From Planctomycetota bacterium (GTDB lineage: Bacteria; Planctomycetota; Planctomycetia; Planctomycetales; Planctomycetaceae): DNA of 64,000 nt. Positions 43,901 to 52,961 of this stretch are shown here, one piece after another. The notes beneath the pieces were generated by a model. The model was not told where the DNA came from. It worked only from the letters and a program-made list of their open reading frames with translations, and searched no databases. The position numbers and the translations under genes were made by a program. Location: NCBI GenBank assembly GCA_046341255.1, contig JBKDRW010000597.1, forward strand, positions 2,295-66,294, written 5' to 3'. How positions within the stretch are numbered: position 1 is the stretch's first letter; the number at the start of each line of letters is the position of its first letter.

Positions 43901-45262
43901 ATCGGCCGCAGTGGCTTCAATCTGGAACTCCTGAAGCGCCGAGACGTTGGTGTCGCGACCCGGGAATGTCACTTTCAGTTTCGGCGGCTCGTTCGGCGTC
44001 ACACGGATGGCAATCTGCTCTTCATCCGCCGCTGTCCGCCCCTGAGCATCCTCGAGGTACACCGTCCAGGAATTGCTCTCCATGGCAAGGATTGTTGTCT
44101 CGAAGATTGCTCCAATCTTGCTGGTGGCTTCGACCTCGGGTTTTGCGCTTGCCGGGTCCGTTTCCGGTGGCTGAACGGCCGCTGGCGTCAAGACGATCGC
44201 TGGGCCTTCTTTCGGTCGAAGTTCGGCGCGTACTACCATCTTGTTGAGCATCAGACGAAAGTTGACCGTCGAGCCCTCCGTCACGCTGACTCGAACCACG
44301 TCTTCGATCGTCTCTGAAGGGAGCCTCAACCAAGCTGGTGGAGTAATGATCGCGTCAACTCGTTCCAGGTTTGGCCGAACGAACGTGGTCACCTTAAAGC
44401 TTTGTGAGACGTCATACGACTTGCCGCCGCCTTTTTTCGACGGCGCGTTCTCTTTGTCGGACGAGTGATCGTAGAGTACTCGGTACGTTCCATCGGCCAC
44501 GATGTCTTCCATTCGAGCCGCGAACACGCCAGTATCGACAGTTTCTGTCATTGCCATCTGACGGACGTTCTGCTGCGAGTCCGTATATTCGAGTGCGGCA
44601 TGTGTCGGCACGATGCCGGGAAACTTTGCTACCACAGTCAGCGCAGAGCCTCGTTCGAGCTCCGTGTCGCCTGGTTCAATAGTCAGTTCCGTTCGCTGCT
44701 CTTTCTCAGGTCGATCTGCTTTCGCGACCGCGTCTGAGACTGACGATGGAACATCGTTGCGATTGAACTTTCCGGCCGCCATCACGCTGGACACCATGAC
44801 TGCGAACGAAAGAAAGCTCAGCACGGTCCATGCTGAAATCTGTCGTGATGAAACAGTCCCTGACCAGTCCTTTTTCCTGGCGAGCGAATCGGCTTCCTGA
44901 ACGGCCATCGCGGCAAGCACAGAGGGCTTTCTGGCGACCTGCTCAGACACCTGAACGGCCGTGATGACAGCATCGTTAAGTTCCGGGTGTACGCGTTCAA
45001 TCAGTCGCGCCGCTTCAGATACGGTGGGTTGCTGAACCAGAAGTCTGGCCAGCAGAGAACCCACAATCGTCGTTGTCAAAAGAACGAGAAACTCCGGACG
45101 CAGCAATCCGCCACGGGCGGGCATCATCATGGTGAGAGCAATGGCCGGAATCAGAAGGACGAGCCAGATCAGCGTCTGCTTGCGAAGAATTCGCAGTTTC
45201 TGAATGCGGGCAGCCACGTTCATCAGGCTGCGTTCAAGCACCGTTCCGGTCATTCGGATCAC
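40961..45262 (-). CDS. giant membrane-anchored low-complexity/coiled-coil protein (DUF4175-like)
   Basis: The N-terminus has two TM segments flanking a LIERVHPELNDAVITAV motif. Ig-like beta regions follow. There is a poly-Q tract (about 43484-43546) and a poly-Gly run (43076-43108). Roughly 600 aa of E/Q/R-rich coiled coil come next, then a G/D/Q/S/R-rich tail. The protein ends with VPEEFDSLVQRYYELL, as I recall for DUF4175-type proteins. Confidence 0.75.
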   Translation of the reverse strand: MIRMTGTVLERSLMNVAARIQKLRILRKQTLIWLVLLIPAIALTMMMPARGGLLRPEFLVLLTTTIVGSLLARLLVQQPTVSEAARLIERVHPELNDAVITAVQVSEQVARKPSVLAAMAVQEADSLARKKDWSGTVSSRQISAWTVLSFLSFAVMVSSVMAAGKFNRNDVPSSVSDAVAKADRPEKEQRTELTIEPGDTELERGSALTVVAKFPGIVPTHAALEYTDSQQNVRQMAMTETVDTGVFAARMEDIVADGTYRVLYDHSSDKENAPSKKGGGKSYDVSQSFKVTTFVRPNLERVDAIITPPAWLRLPSETIEDVVRVSVTEGSTVNFRLMLNKMVVRAELRPKEGPAIVLTPAAVQPPETDPASAKPEVEATSKIGAIFETTILAMESNSWTVYLEDAQGRTAADEEQIAIRVTPNEPPKLKVTFPGRDTNVSALQEFQIEATAADDFELIDYGVQFSVSGAEPQEFSVKPAADQPRTESTAAVVESKPVAETEATPATTITEPIRNATISHTIALETLNAAPDDMVTYSFWATDMDVDGNPRRVDSDLMFAEVRRFEEIMREAQQQGQQQQQNQQQQGPQQQQQGSPIDGLLNLQKEILSATWNTIRTEQQRKKDESFAADVAVIAQSQAQGIEQLTEATAEAASDPKVAALAQRTAEEMAAAQKKLEEVAAGAEKARLSQAVPMEQAILQTLLRMRAAESNVLQQQQNGGGGGGGGGGGASQQQLDQLELDNSRNRYQSEQQAQPQREMTQQQREQLQVLNRLKELARRQQMVNERLKQLESELRAALTEKEKEEIERELKRLREEQREMLRDVDELSERMDQATDPQNAQTSELKEQLQKARENVQQASRAMDDGKLSEAISEGTRAERQFEDLKEDFRNQTSSQFEDAVKDLRQQARELSEKQEQLARGLAGEPTEGEQKARPSLKSDRNREDVRQQASEQKDRLNRVVEQTKQLIEQAEQTEPLLSNTLYETIRQMKDSRPEEALEAAEMLAGRGMWQQSQQAEQVAREGIEQLKSGIEKAADSVLGSEAESLRRAQQQLDEATRKLAGEVASATGEDPLNRDGKDGRDGEQSSGQGNGKGRSAQDGDQKSSDPNQRGRNRSGQAGSEDQKSGRERDPQGRGQSDESEKEGEQKSGLKSGDGRKQSGEESAQSGAGGQQKGDKQGRGDKEGKQRGGSGGGERQDDANQPAEQSEQDADQKIGEQDGRSEGQQNGGQQKGGQQDGSRSGGNSDGQNTDGQPSDMNEPNESERESDSSERSGDRNGQPKGGNQRESGLRNGGREDRGGNSEGMGRGGFDLGSRPLTGDDYTEWSDQLRDIEEMLEDPDLRNRVAQVRDRARTMRAEYKRHGEMPQWDLVKSQLLGEMQLLQQRINQEVSKLQSDRAMVPIDREAVPEEFDSLVQRYYELLGQEKSDDEEPGR

Positions 45263-45563
45263 TCCCAGGAGGGATTCTGCAGGCGTGGCTCAAGGAATTG
45301 TGCGAAGATTCGACCCGCGAATGCAAGGCTCATCAACCCATCTTATGCTCAACAAATGGCTGAAACTCCGCAAAGTCAGCCTTCTTCTCGAGGATCAGAC
45401 ATGGTCGAGTGTGAAAAATCATTCGGTCAAATGGCCGTGGATGCAGAAAACGCCGACGTCTTCGGCTGGATGCGGCGTCGTGATCATGTCTGATGCAGCG
45501 GTGTATCACGACCCCGACCCAATTGACGACTCACGTCCGTGACCTCCGTGTGCCGTCTGCGGA

Positions 45564-46043
45564 CTACATCGCACCGTGCTCTCTGCGATCCAGAAACGAC
45601 TGCAGCAGAATCTGAGCTGCCAGTTTGTCGATGCGGTCTTTGCGTTTCTGCTTTGATAATTCCGCGCTCTGAAGCAGCGTCTCGGCTTGAAAGGAACTGA
45701 AGCGTTCGTCCTGAAAGTTGTGTGGCAGACCGGTGAGTTGTGTCAGCCAGACGGCATAACAGCGAGCCTCTCTGGACTTCTCACTTTCATCCCCGCTCAG
45801 ATGCAGAGGCAGGCCGACAACAAAGCCGACCGGTCGATACTCATCGACCAGCTTCCGGAAGAATCGAGAATCCGGCTGCTCACCCTGACGCTGATAGTTG
45901 TGCAGAGGACTGGAGAACTTCTGGTCGCGATCGCTGACGGACACGCCGACTCGTCTGGTTCCGTAGTCGATCCCGACAAGAACTCCACTGAGCGGTAGCG
46001 GATCCGGCTCAGTCGGGGCCAGTTGTTCAGGAGACGATGTCAT
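45564..46043 (-). CDS. ruvX: Holliday junction resolvase-like protein RuvX (YqgF)
   Basis: LVGIDYGTRRVGVSVSD....SSPL...., VGLPLHLSGDESEKS, and the C-terminal DKLAAQILLQSFLD. Confidence 0.9.
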   Translation of the reverse strand: MTSSPEQLAPTEPDPLPLSGVLVGIDYGTRRVGVSVSDRDQKFSSPLHNYQRQGEQPDSRFFRKLVDEYRPVGFVVGLPLHLSGDESEKSREARCYAVWLTQLTGLPHNFQDERFSSFQAETLLQSAELSKQKRKDRIDKLAAQILLQSFLDRREHGAM

Positions 46044-46243
46044 GGCGATAGCAGCAGTTCTGAGACAAACGGAGTCGTAGCAGAATTCGTAACAAGGGGC
46101 TGGCAGCCCCCTGACTCAGAGGAACCTGCCGGCTCGAGCTTCGAAAACGCTCACGCTGTTCGCTCATCAAAGATACTCACGGTGCTTGCATGTTTCTGAG
46201 CAAGATGCCCCGGTGCGTCCGAATCCGGCGACAAGCAGGTGCT

Positions 46244-46777
46244 TCACTTCGCAGCGCTGACCACCGGTGCGACAGAGTCTGTGCCGAGTTCTTCGGTGAT
46301 CGTGCGACTTCGCATCATCGCAATCCGCCCCGTTCGAACCATCTCAAGGATGCCGAACTCACGCATGCGATCGATGAAAGCTTCGATCTTGTTCTCACGG
46401 CCGGAGATCTCAATCATCACATGCTTCGCGCTGACGTCGACGATGCGTCCGCGGAAAATGTCGACCAGTTCGCGGATCTCGCCGCGTCGACCATTCTCGG
46501 TGCTGACTTTCATCAGCATCAGATCGCGTTCGACAAAATCTTCCCCGGAGAAATCTTCGACGCGAACAACGGTAACGATTTTCTCCAGCTGCTTACGGAC
46601 CTGGTCCAGCTTCTTCTCATCTTCGTTCACAACGAACGTGATCCGAGACAGCTCGGGATTCTCGGTCGCACCCACCGCCAGGCTGTCAATGTTGTAAGCG
46701 CGGGAAGCCAGCATTCCGGAGATATGAGCCAGAACGCCGGGCTGGTTCATAACGAGTGCAGAGAGAACGTGTTTCAT
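46244..46777 (-). CDS. ilvN: acetolactate synthase small (regulatory) subunit
   Basis: KHVLSALVMNQPGVLAHISGMLASRAYNIDSLAVGATENPELSRITFVV (ACT domain), followed by the ALS_ss_C-like part. Confidence 0.9.
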   Translation of the reverse strand: MKHVLSALVMNQPGVLAHISGMLASRAYNIDSLAVGATENPELSRITFVVNEDEKKLDQVRKQLEKIVTVVRVEDFSGEDFVERDLMLMKVSTENGRRGEIRELVDIFRGRIVDVSAKHVMIEISGRENKIEAFIDRMREFGILEMVRTGRIAMMRSRTITEELGTDSVAPVVSAAK

Positions 46778-47220
46778 GGAAAAACTGCCAGTGCATCACA
46801 AATTTCAGTTTGAAAGGGCTCGACAGTCTACGGTCGTACGAACCCACGGGCAACGTCGGAATCAGAAAGGTGCGAGACTCGGTCAGATTTCAGGATTCCG
46901 TTCCCGTGGATCGAAAACGACGCTGAAGTTGCGGATTATTCTGGTGGCCCGACCCGGAGATGGTCGCTGATTCGCAGGTTGCACCGCAGAGGTCACTGAG
47001 AGCACAGAGGGAAATGGCAGAGGATCTGCAGGAATGCAGCTCGCTGCGAGTACATGAGTCACTTCGTGGGCATGCGTGTTCATTGGCGGTGAGACCATGT
47101 TGACGAACCGCGAACGTGCAGAATTCAACAGGCGTTTCGTCGTCGCGCCTGACTCCGCGGCCTCTGCGTATCGGTCATTTCGCCGGGCTGACAAAAACAG
47201 CGGATCGTCGTTGAATGAGG

Positions 47221-47694
47221 TCACGAAGGTTTCGGCTTTGACGCCTGTCGAAGCAACTTTGTCAGCAGACGATCCAGCTGGTTGGCGAAGTCTTGCTTGT
47301 TCTTCGCGCTGTAGGCGGGAGGGCCGCCGGTTTCCAGACCGGAGCCGCGGAGGTCGTCCATGAGATTGCGTGCAGCCAGGCGGGAGCCCACGTTCTCCGC
47401 ATCCAGCACGTGGCCTCGAGGATCCAGCACTGTCGCTCCCTTTGCCACCGCAGCGGCCGCCAGTGGGATATCGGCGGAGATGACGAGGTCGCCAGCACTC
47501 AAGAGTTCCACAATTCGCTGATCGGCCACGTTCGCGCCGGCACCGACAAGTTCGAAATGAATCAGATTTGACTTCGGTACGAACATCATCTGGTTGGCGA
47601 CCAGAGTGATTTTGATCTGCAGACGTCTCGATGTCTTGTACAAGACCTCTTTCGCATCCGCCGGACAGGCATCGGCATCGACCCAGATGTGCAT
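47221..47694 (-). CDS. YaiI/YqxD family protein (UPF0178)
   Basis: MHIWVDADACP....E.L...S.R......VAN.........I......G....D..I.......DLVI..DI.LAA is the family start. Homology begins at ATG 47694, so the longer ORF to 47841 was trimmed. Confidence 0.8.
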   Translation of the reverse strand: MHIWVDADACPADAKEVLYKTSRRLQIKITLVANQMMFVPKSNLIHFELVGAGANVADQRIVELLSAGDLVISADIPLAAAAVAKGATVLDPRGHVLDAENVGSRLAARNLMDDLRGSGLETGGPPAYSAKNKQDFANQLDRLLTKLLRQASKPKPS

Positions 47695-47920
47695 GAATCG
47701 ATCGTCCTTTGATGACAACTCTCTGAAAGCAGCAGTCGGCAGTGAGAGACATTCTGTCTCTGGTGCGCAGGGTGCACATGTCTGGTCAGCGAACAACGTG
47801 AGCGTTTTCGAAGCTCGAGCCGTCAGGCTCCTCTGGATCAAAGGGTGTCAGCCCCCTGTCAGGTACCGGCCGGTTCACATTGGCCGCTTGCCTGAGTGGT
47901 CTGTTTTTCCTCCCCGCCGA

Positions 47921-48955
47921 CTATACCGCGGTTGACACATCGACAATTGCCTTGATGACGCCGGTTTCAGGTTTTGTGAACGCTTCGAACTCCGCCACCA
48001 TGTTCTGAAACGGTGTACGATGAGTGATCCACGGATTGGTATCGATTGTGCCGTCTTCGATCAGTCGAATGATGCGGGCGAAATCCGACGGCATGGCATT
48101 ACGGGATGCCTTGAGCGTCATCTCAGGACGGTGGAGTGTCGGATGAACGAACTTGATTTCTTCCGTCGTGATTCCGACGTAGACGAGCGACCCGGAGTGT
48201 GCCACATACTTCATTGAATCCGACATGGATTGCTTGTTTCCGGTGGCGTCGGTCACAACATAGAACATATCCCCATGCGTGATCTGCTGCATCTGATCAA
48301 GCTCACTTCCATCGCCTTTAAAGTGGATCAGGTTCCGGATGCCATATTTCTGTCGACAGAATTCCAGTCGCGAAGCCACCATATCCATGACCGTGATCGT
48401 GGCACCGGTCAGCCGCGTGAACTCCAGCGTCGCGAGGCCAATGGGCCCTGCCCCGATGATCAACACATGATCGCCTTTGACGGCAGCACCGCGATCGGTT
48501 GCATGACATCCAATCGCCAGTGTTTCGACAAGTGCCAGTTGTTCCCACGAAAGCCTTGTTGATGGATGCAGTTTCTCGGCTCGGATGAGGAATCGTTCGC
48601 ACAATCCTCCGTCGACCATCACACCGATGACATTCAGCGCAGAGCAGCAGTTTCCATGCCCTCGGCGGCAGGCGAAGCAGGTACCACAGTTCATGTAGGG
48701 TTCAACGCTGCAGCGATCGCCAGTCTTCACGTTGGACACGCCGTCGCCGACGGCCAGCACCTCGACGCCCAGTTCATGTCCTGGAATGCGCGGATACTTA
48801 AAGAACGGGAACTTGCCCAGATAGCCGCTCAGATCGGTTCCGCAGATGCCCATGCGATGTGTTCGAACGAGAGCCATGCCGGGACCCGGAGGACCTGGAT
48901 CCGCCACATCAACGTAGGCAAATCGGCGAGGCTCTTCGAGTCGAATGGCTTTCAT
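47921..48955 (-). CDS. zinc-dependent medium-chain alcohol/polyol dehydrogenase
   Basis: MGICGTDLSGYLG, the catalytic Zn motif PGHELGVEV, the structural Zn cluster CGTCFACRRGHGNCC, and the Rossmann motif LIIGAGPIGLA. Confidence 0.85.
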   Translation of the reverse strand: MKAIRLEEPRRFAYVDVADPGPPGPGMALVRTHRMGICGTDLSGYLGKFPFFKYPRIPGHELGVEVLAVGDGVSNVKTGDRCSVEPYMNCGTCFACRRGHGNCCSALNVIGVMVDGGLCERFLIRAEKLHPSTRLSWEQLALVETLAIGCHATDRGAAVKGDHVLIIGAGPIGLATLEFTRLTGATITVMDMVASRLEFCRQKYGIRNLIHFKGDGSELDQMQQITHGDMFYVVTDATGNKQSMSDSMKYVAHSGSLVYVGITTEEIKFVHPTLHRPEMTLKASRNAMPSDFARIIRLIEDGTIDTNPWITHRTPFQNMVAEFEAFTKPETGVIKAIVDVSTAV

Positions 48956-49256
48956 ATGCTGCTCCAGGAGGGCGTTCTGCTGAGGAAAAAAACGCTTGGT
49001 TTGCGATGGGCGAAACAGTCCATGAAACCGGATTGCTGTTCATCATGATCAGCCACTTGCCCATGCGATCGTTCCCGGGGAGTACCTTAGCATATCGTCC
49101 GGAGTTCACGCGAGAGACGGGCAACATCCCATCAAATGCCGGAAACTTCTCTTTAGAGTTTCTCCGCGTCTCGTCTTCGGTCACAATAGAATGTCATGCC
49201 TGCAGCATGATGTCCGCTTTCGGACACCGACACCCACTTGTCGAATTCCTGCCCGT

Positions 49257-52200
49257 ATGTTTTCCCGCTTCTTTATTGATCGGCCGATCTTTGCCACAGT
49301 GATGTCAGTGGTCATCACGCTGGCGGGTGGGATCGCGGTGTTCACACTGCCGATCACGCAGTATCCGGAAATCGCGCCGCCGACGGTGGAAGTATCGACG
49401 CAGTATCCGGGCGCCAATGCCAAAGTCGTGGCCGATACCGTGGCCGCTCCGATTGAGCAGCAGGTCAATGGCGTCGAGAATATGCTCTATATGTCGTCGC
49501 AGTGCACGAACGACGGCACGTACACGCTGACCGTCACATTCGGCCCCGGAACGGATCTGAATCTGGCTCAGGTGCTGGTGCAGAATCGAGTCGCACTCGC
49601 GCAGCCCACGTTACCGGATCTGGTGCAGCGCCGAGGCGTCACGGTGAAGAAGAAAGCTCCGGGCGTGCTGATGATTGTGAATCTGTTTTCGCCGGACGGA
49701 TCTCGCGACAATCTGTACCTCAGCAATTATGCCACGATTCAGATGCGAGACGAATTATCGCGTGTGGATGGTGTGGGTGACATCTCATTTCTCGGCCAGC
49801 GCGACTACAGCATGCGGGTCTGGCTGGACCCACAACAGATGGCGATGCGTAATATCAGCACGCAGGATGTTCTTCGCACAATTGAGCAGCAGAACACGCA
49901 GGTCGCGGCCGGACAGATTGGTCAGCAGCCGACGACGGAGGGTCAGGTTTTTCAATACACGATGACGACGCTCGGTCGTCTGACCAGCGAAGACCAGTTC
50001 GGCAACATGGTTCTGAAGACCGACAGCGAGGGGCGAATGATCCGACTTCGCGATGTGGCCCGAATAGAACTCGGGGCCATGCAGTATGATCAGGTCTGCA
50101 CGCTGGATACAAAGCCGTCAATCGCACTGTCGATTTATCAACTGCCCGGCTCAAACGCGCTCCAGACCGCGGCCGATGTGCGGGCGAAGATGGAAGAACT
50201 CAAGATACGATTTCCGGAAGGTGTCGACTACGCGATTGTGTACGACACGACTCCGTTCATCCGTGAATCGGTCAGCGAAGTGTTCGTGTCGCTGCGAGAC
50301 GCCGTGGTCCTTGTGGCAATCGTGGTGCTCGTGTTTCTGCAGGGCTGGCGACCGGCCATTATTCCTCTGGTGGCTGTGCCCGTGGCGATTGTCGGAACGT
50401 TCGCTGCGATGGTGGCGTTCGGGTTCAGCCTGAACGCGCTGACGTTGTTCGGACTGGTGCTGGCAGTGGGGATCGTTGTCGATGACGCAATCGTGGTGGT
50501 AGAAGCTGTCGAGCATAACATCGAGTACGGCATGAGCCCTCGTGACGCAGCAATCAAAGCCATGGACATGGTGGCCGGGCCGGTCATTGCCGTGGGGCTG
50601 GTGTTGTCCGCCGTATTTGTTCCGTGTGCATTCATCACGGGAGTGGTTGGTCAGTTTTTTCGTCAATTTGCCGTGACGATTGCGATTTCAACGATCATTT
50701 CGGCGTTCAACTCGCTGACCCTGAGCCCTGCTCTGGCGGTGTTGCTGTTGAGGCCACGAGTGCAGCGAGCGGACAGTGGAAAGCCGGAAATCTCCGTCAT
50801 TGGAGCACGGCTTTTCGCGTTCAGCTCTCCGGTTTCGGAAGCTCTGCCGCGTCCTGCCCTGGCGATTCTGGGAGCGTGGCTGGGCTACGCGTTTCTCGGA
50901 AGGTTGCTCACGCAGTGGTCATCGCGAGTGGATGCGATGAAGGTCGTTCCGGCAATTGCATGGCCGTGGATTGCTGCTGCGGGCTGCGTCATCGTGGTAT
51001 GGTTTGTCAGTCGCTGGATCAACCGCATCCTGTCGTTCGGCTTTCGTCTCTTCAACCGCGCATTTGATGCGGCGACGAATGGATATGTGCGAGTCGTCGG
51101 ATGGACCCTGCGAGCCAGCGTGGTGGTGCTGCTGATCTACGGCGGGATGATCTACGGCACCTATCACCTTTTTACCATCACGCCGACCGGTTTTATACCG
51201 TCTCAGGATAAGGGCTATCTGATTCTGAACGTACGACTGGCAGATTCGGCGTCGCTTGAGCGAACTCAGCAGATCGTGGCGGAGGTCGAGAAACTGGCTG
51301 GCAGTGTCGAAGGCGTGCACCACACGGTCGCTCTCGCTGGTCAGTCGTTTCTGCTGAATGCCAACGCGGCCAACTTTGGATCGATGTACGTGATGCTCGA
51401 TGAGTTTCACGAGCGTGTCGAAACGAATCGAACGGCGGATATGATTGCCGAAGATCTCCGGGCGTTGTTCGCCCGGGAAATTCACGATGCCGACATCAAC
51501 ATTCTCGGTGCGCCGCCGATTGAGGGTCTGGGAACGGCCGGAGGCTTCAAGATTGTCGTGCAGGACCGCGGTGAAAATGGTCTGAGCGTGCTGGAGTCGG
51601 TGGCTCAGTCGATTGTGGAAGATGGCGTTGCTGATCCGAAACTGCGAGACCTGTTCTCCGGCTTTCGCGCCAACACGACCTGGCTGCAACTGGACATCGA
51701 TCGCGAGGCAGCAAAGAAGCTTGGCCTTTCGATGGCGGATGTCTTTGCCGCGCTGCAGGTGAATTTCGGATCGCTGTATGTGAATGACTTTAATCGCTTT
51801 GGACGAACGTGGCAGGTCAACGTACAGGCCGACGCGAAGTATCGCATGCAGACGGTTGATCTGCAGCGAATGTATGTTCCAGCAGGCAATCGAGGCAGCA
51901 TTCCTCTGGCCGGCTTTGTGACACCCAGAACCGTAACCGGGCCGTTGATGATCATTCGACACAACCTGTACCCATCGGCATTCGTGAATGCAGATGCTGC
52001 CGTTGGTGCAAGTTCTGGTGAGGCGATCACGGCATTGAAAGACGCGGCGGATCGCAATCTGGCTCCTTCGATGCGGGCCGAGTATACGGAACTGGCATAC
52101 CTGCAGCAGATGGCCGGTAACACGGCGATGTACGCGTTTCTGCTGGCCGTGATTCTGGTGTTTCTGGTCCTTGCGGCTCAATATGAAAGCTGGGCACTGC

Positions 52201-52646
52201 CGCTGGCCGTGATTCTCGTAGTGCCGATGTGTCTGCTGTGTTCGATTGCCGGCGTGATCATGGCCGGCATGGATATCAACATCTTTACTCAGATCGGTTT
52301 TGTCGTTCTGGTTGGCCTGGCATGCAAGAACGCGATTCTGATCGTCGAGTACGCTCGATCAAGAAATCAGGAAGGCTTGTCGGTATACGATGCGACTCTG
52401 GACGCATGTCGGCTCAGACTGCGACCGATCATTATGACTTCGTTTGCCTTCATCTTCGGCGTTGTTCCGCTGGTCCTCGGCGAGGGTGCCGGCGCTGAGA
52501 TGCGACGTACCCTCGGCACGGCCGTTTTTGCAGGAATGCTGGGCGTCACGCTGTTCGGGATTCTGCTGACTCCCGTGTTCTTCTGTGTGATCCAGCGCCT
52601 CGCGAATTGGCGTTCCGGATCAGCCGAAACACCGGCTGCGCATTGA
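49257..52646 (+). CDS. RND efflux transporter permease (AcrB/HAE1-like) with an extra hydrophobic insertion
   Basis: MFSRFFIDRPIFATVMSVVITLAG is the canonical AcrB start, and the length and TM pattern fit. VDDAIVVVE is present. Start taken at ATG 49257. Confidence 0.9.
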   Translation: MFSRFFIDRPIFATVMSVVITLAGGIAVFTLPITQYPEIAPPTVEVSTQYPGANAKVVADTVAAPIEQQVNGVENMLYMSSQCTNDGTYTLTVTFGPGTDLNLAQVLVQNRVALAQPTLPDLVQRRGVTVKKKAPGVLMIVNLFSPDGSRDNLYLSNYATIQMRDELSRVDGVGDISFLGQRDYSMRVWLDPQQMAMRNISTQDVLRTIEQQNTQVAAGQIGQQPTTEGQVFQYTMTTLGRLTSEDQFGNMVLKTDSEGRMIRLRDVARIELGAMQYDQVCTLDTKPSIALSIYQLPGSNALQTAADVRAKMEELKIRFPEGVDYAIVYDTTPFIRESVSEVFVSLRDAVVLVAIVVLVFLQGWRPAIIPLVAVPVAIVGTFAAMVAFGFSLNALTLFGLVLAVGIVVDDAIVVVEAVEHNIEYGMSPRDAAIKAMDMVAGPVIAVGLVLSAVFVPCAFITGVVGQFFRQFAVTIAISTIISAFNSLTLSPALAVLLLRPRVQRADSGKPEISVIGARLFAFSSPVSEALPRPALAILGAWLGYAFLGRLLTQWSSRVDAMKVVPAIAWPWIAAAGCVIVVWFVSRWINRILSFGFRLFNRAFDAATNGYVRVVGWTLRASVVVLLIYGGMIYGTYHLFTITPTGFIPSQDKGYLILNVRLADSASLERTQQIVAEVEKLAGSVEGVHHTVALAGQSFLLNANAANFGSMYVMLDEFHERVETNRTADMIAEDLRALFAREIHDADINILGAPPIEGLGTAGGFKIVVQDRGENGLSVLESVAQSIVEDGVADPKLRDLFSGFRANTTWLQLDIDREAAKKLGLSMADVFAALQVNFGSLYVNDFNRFGRTWQVNVQADAKYRMQTVDLQRMYVPAGNRGSIPLAGFVTPRTVTGPLMIIRHNLYPSAFVNADAAVGASSGEAITALKDAADRNLAPSMRAEYTELAYLQQMAGNTAMYAFLLAVILVFLVLAAQYESWALPLAVILVVPMCLLCSIAGVIMAGMDINIFTQIGFVVLVGLACKNAILIVEYARSRNQEGLSVYDATLDACRLRLRPIIMTSFAFIFGVVPLVLGEGAGAEMRRTLGTAVFAGMLGVTLFGILLTPVFFCVIQRLANWRSGSAETPAAH

Positions 52647-52660
52647 ACGAATGAGACAGC

Positions 52661-52675
52661 CGCTCTGCGAGAGCG
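52661..52675 (+). terminator. weak candidate intrinsic terminator after the RND gene
   Basis: cgctct-gcg-agagcg (6-bp stem, 3-nt loop), 15 nt after the stop codon and followed by attcttcttt. The stem is short, so confidence is low. Confidence 0.25.
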
Positions 52676-52961
52676 ATTCTTCTTTAGGCGTCTGGTTCTG
52701 ATGTGTTTGGCGAGCCGCTTGTGTCGGTAAAGCATTTGAGGTGGATATTTGCCGGGTTGTTGACACAGGCCGTTCGCCGGAAGCTTCGTTTCATTCCGAG
52801 TGAGGCGTGTCTCAATCGTTCACGCGGCTTGCTGAGGTCGTCGCTCGAAATTCGACCATGAATTGGCGTTCATGGGGTGGGATGATACAACCCCTGCCGT
52901 CGAGTGTGTGTCTGACTGAGATTGATGAGTCTTGCTGGACATTGGCCGTCGGGGCGTCGGG

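Noticed and set aside
46883-47779. 298-aa minus-strand ORF overlapping the YaiI gene in another frame
   Set aside because: Its composition is extremely Arg/Cys/Gly-rich. The YaiI frame carries the conserved MHIWVDADACP start.
50919-52181. 420-aa ORF on the minus strand
   Set aside because: It is antisense to the RND permease gene, and its Arg/His-rich sequence marks it as a shadow ORF.
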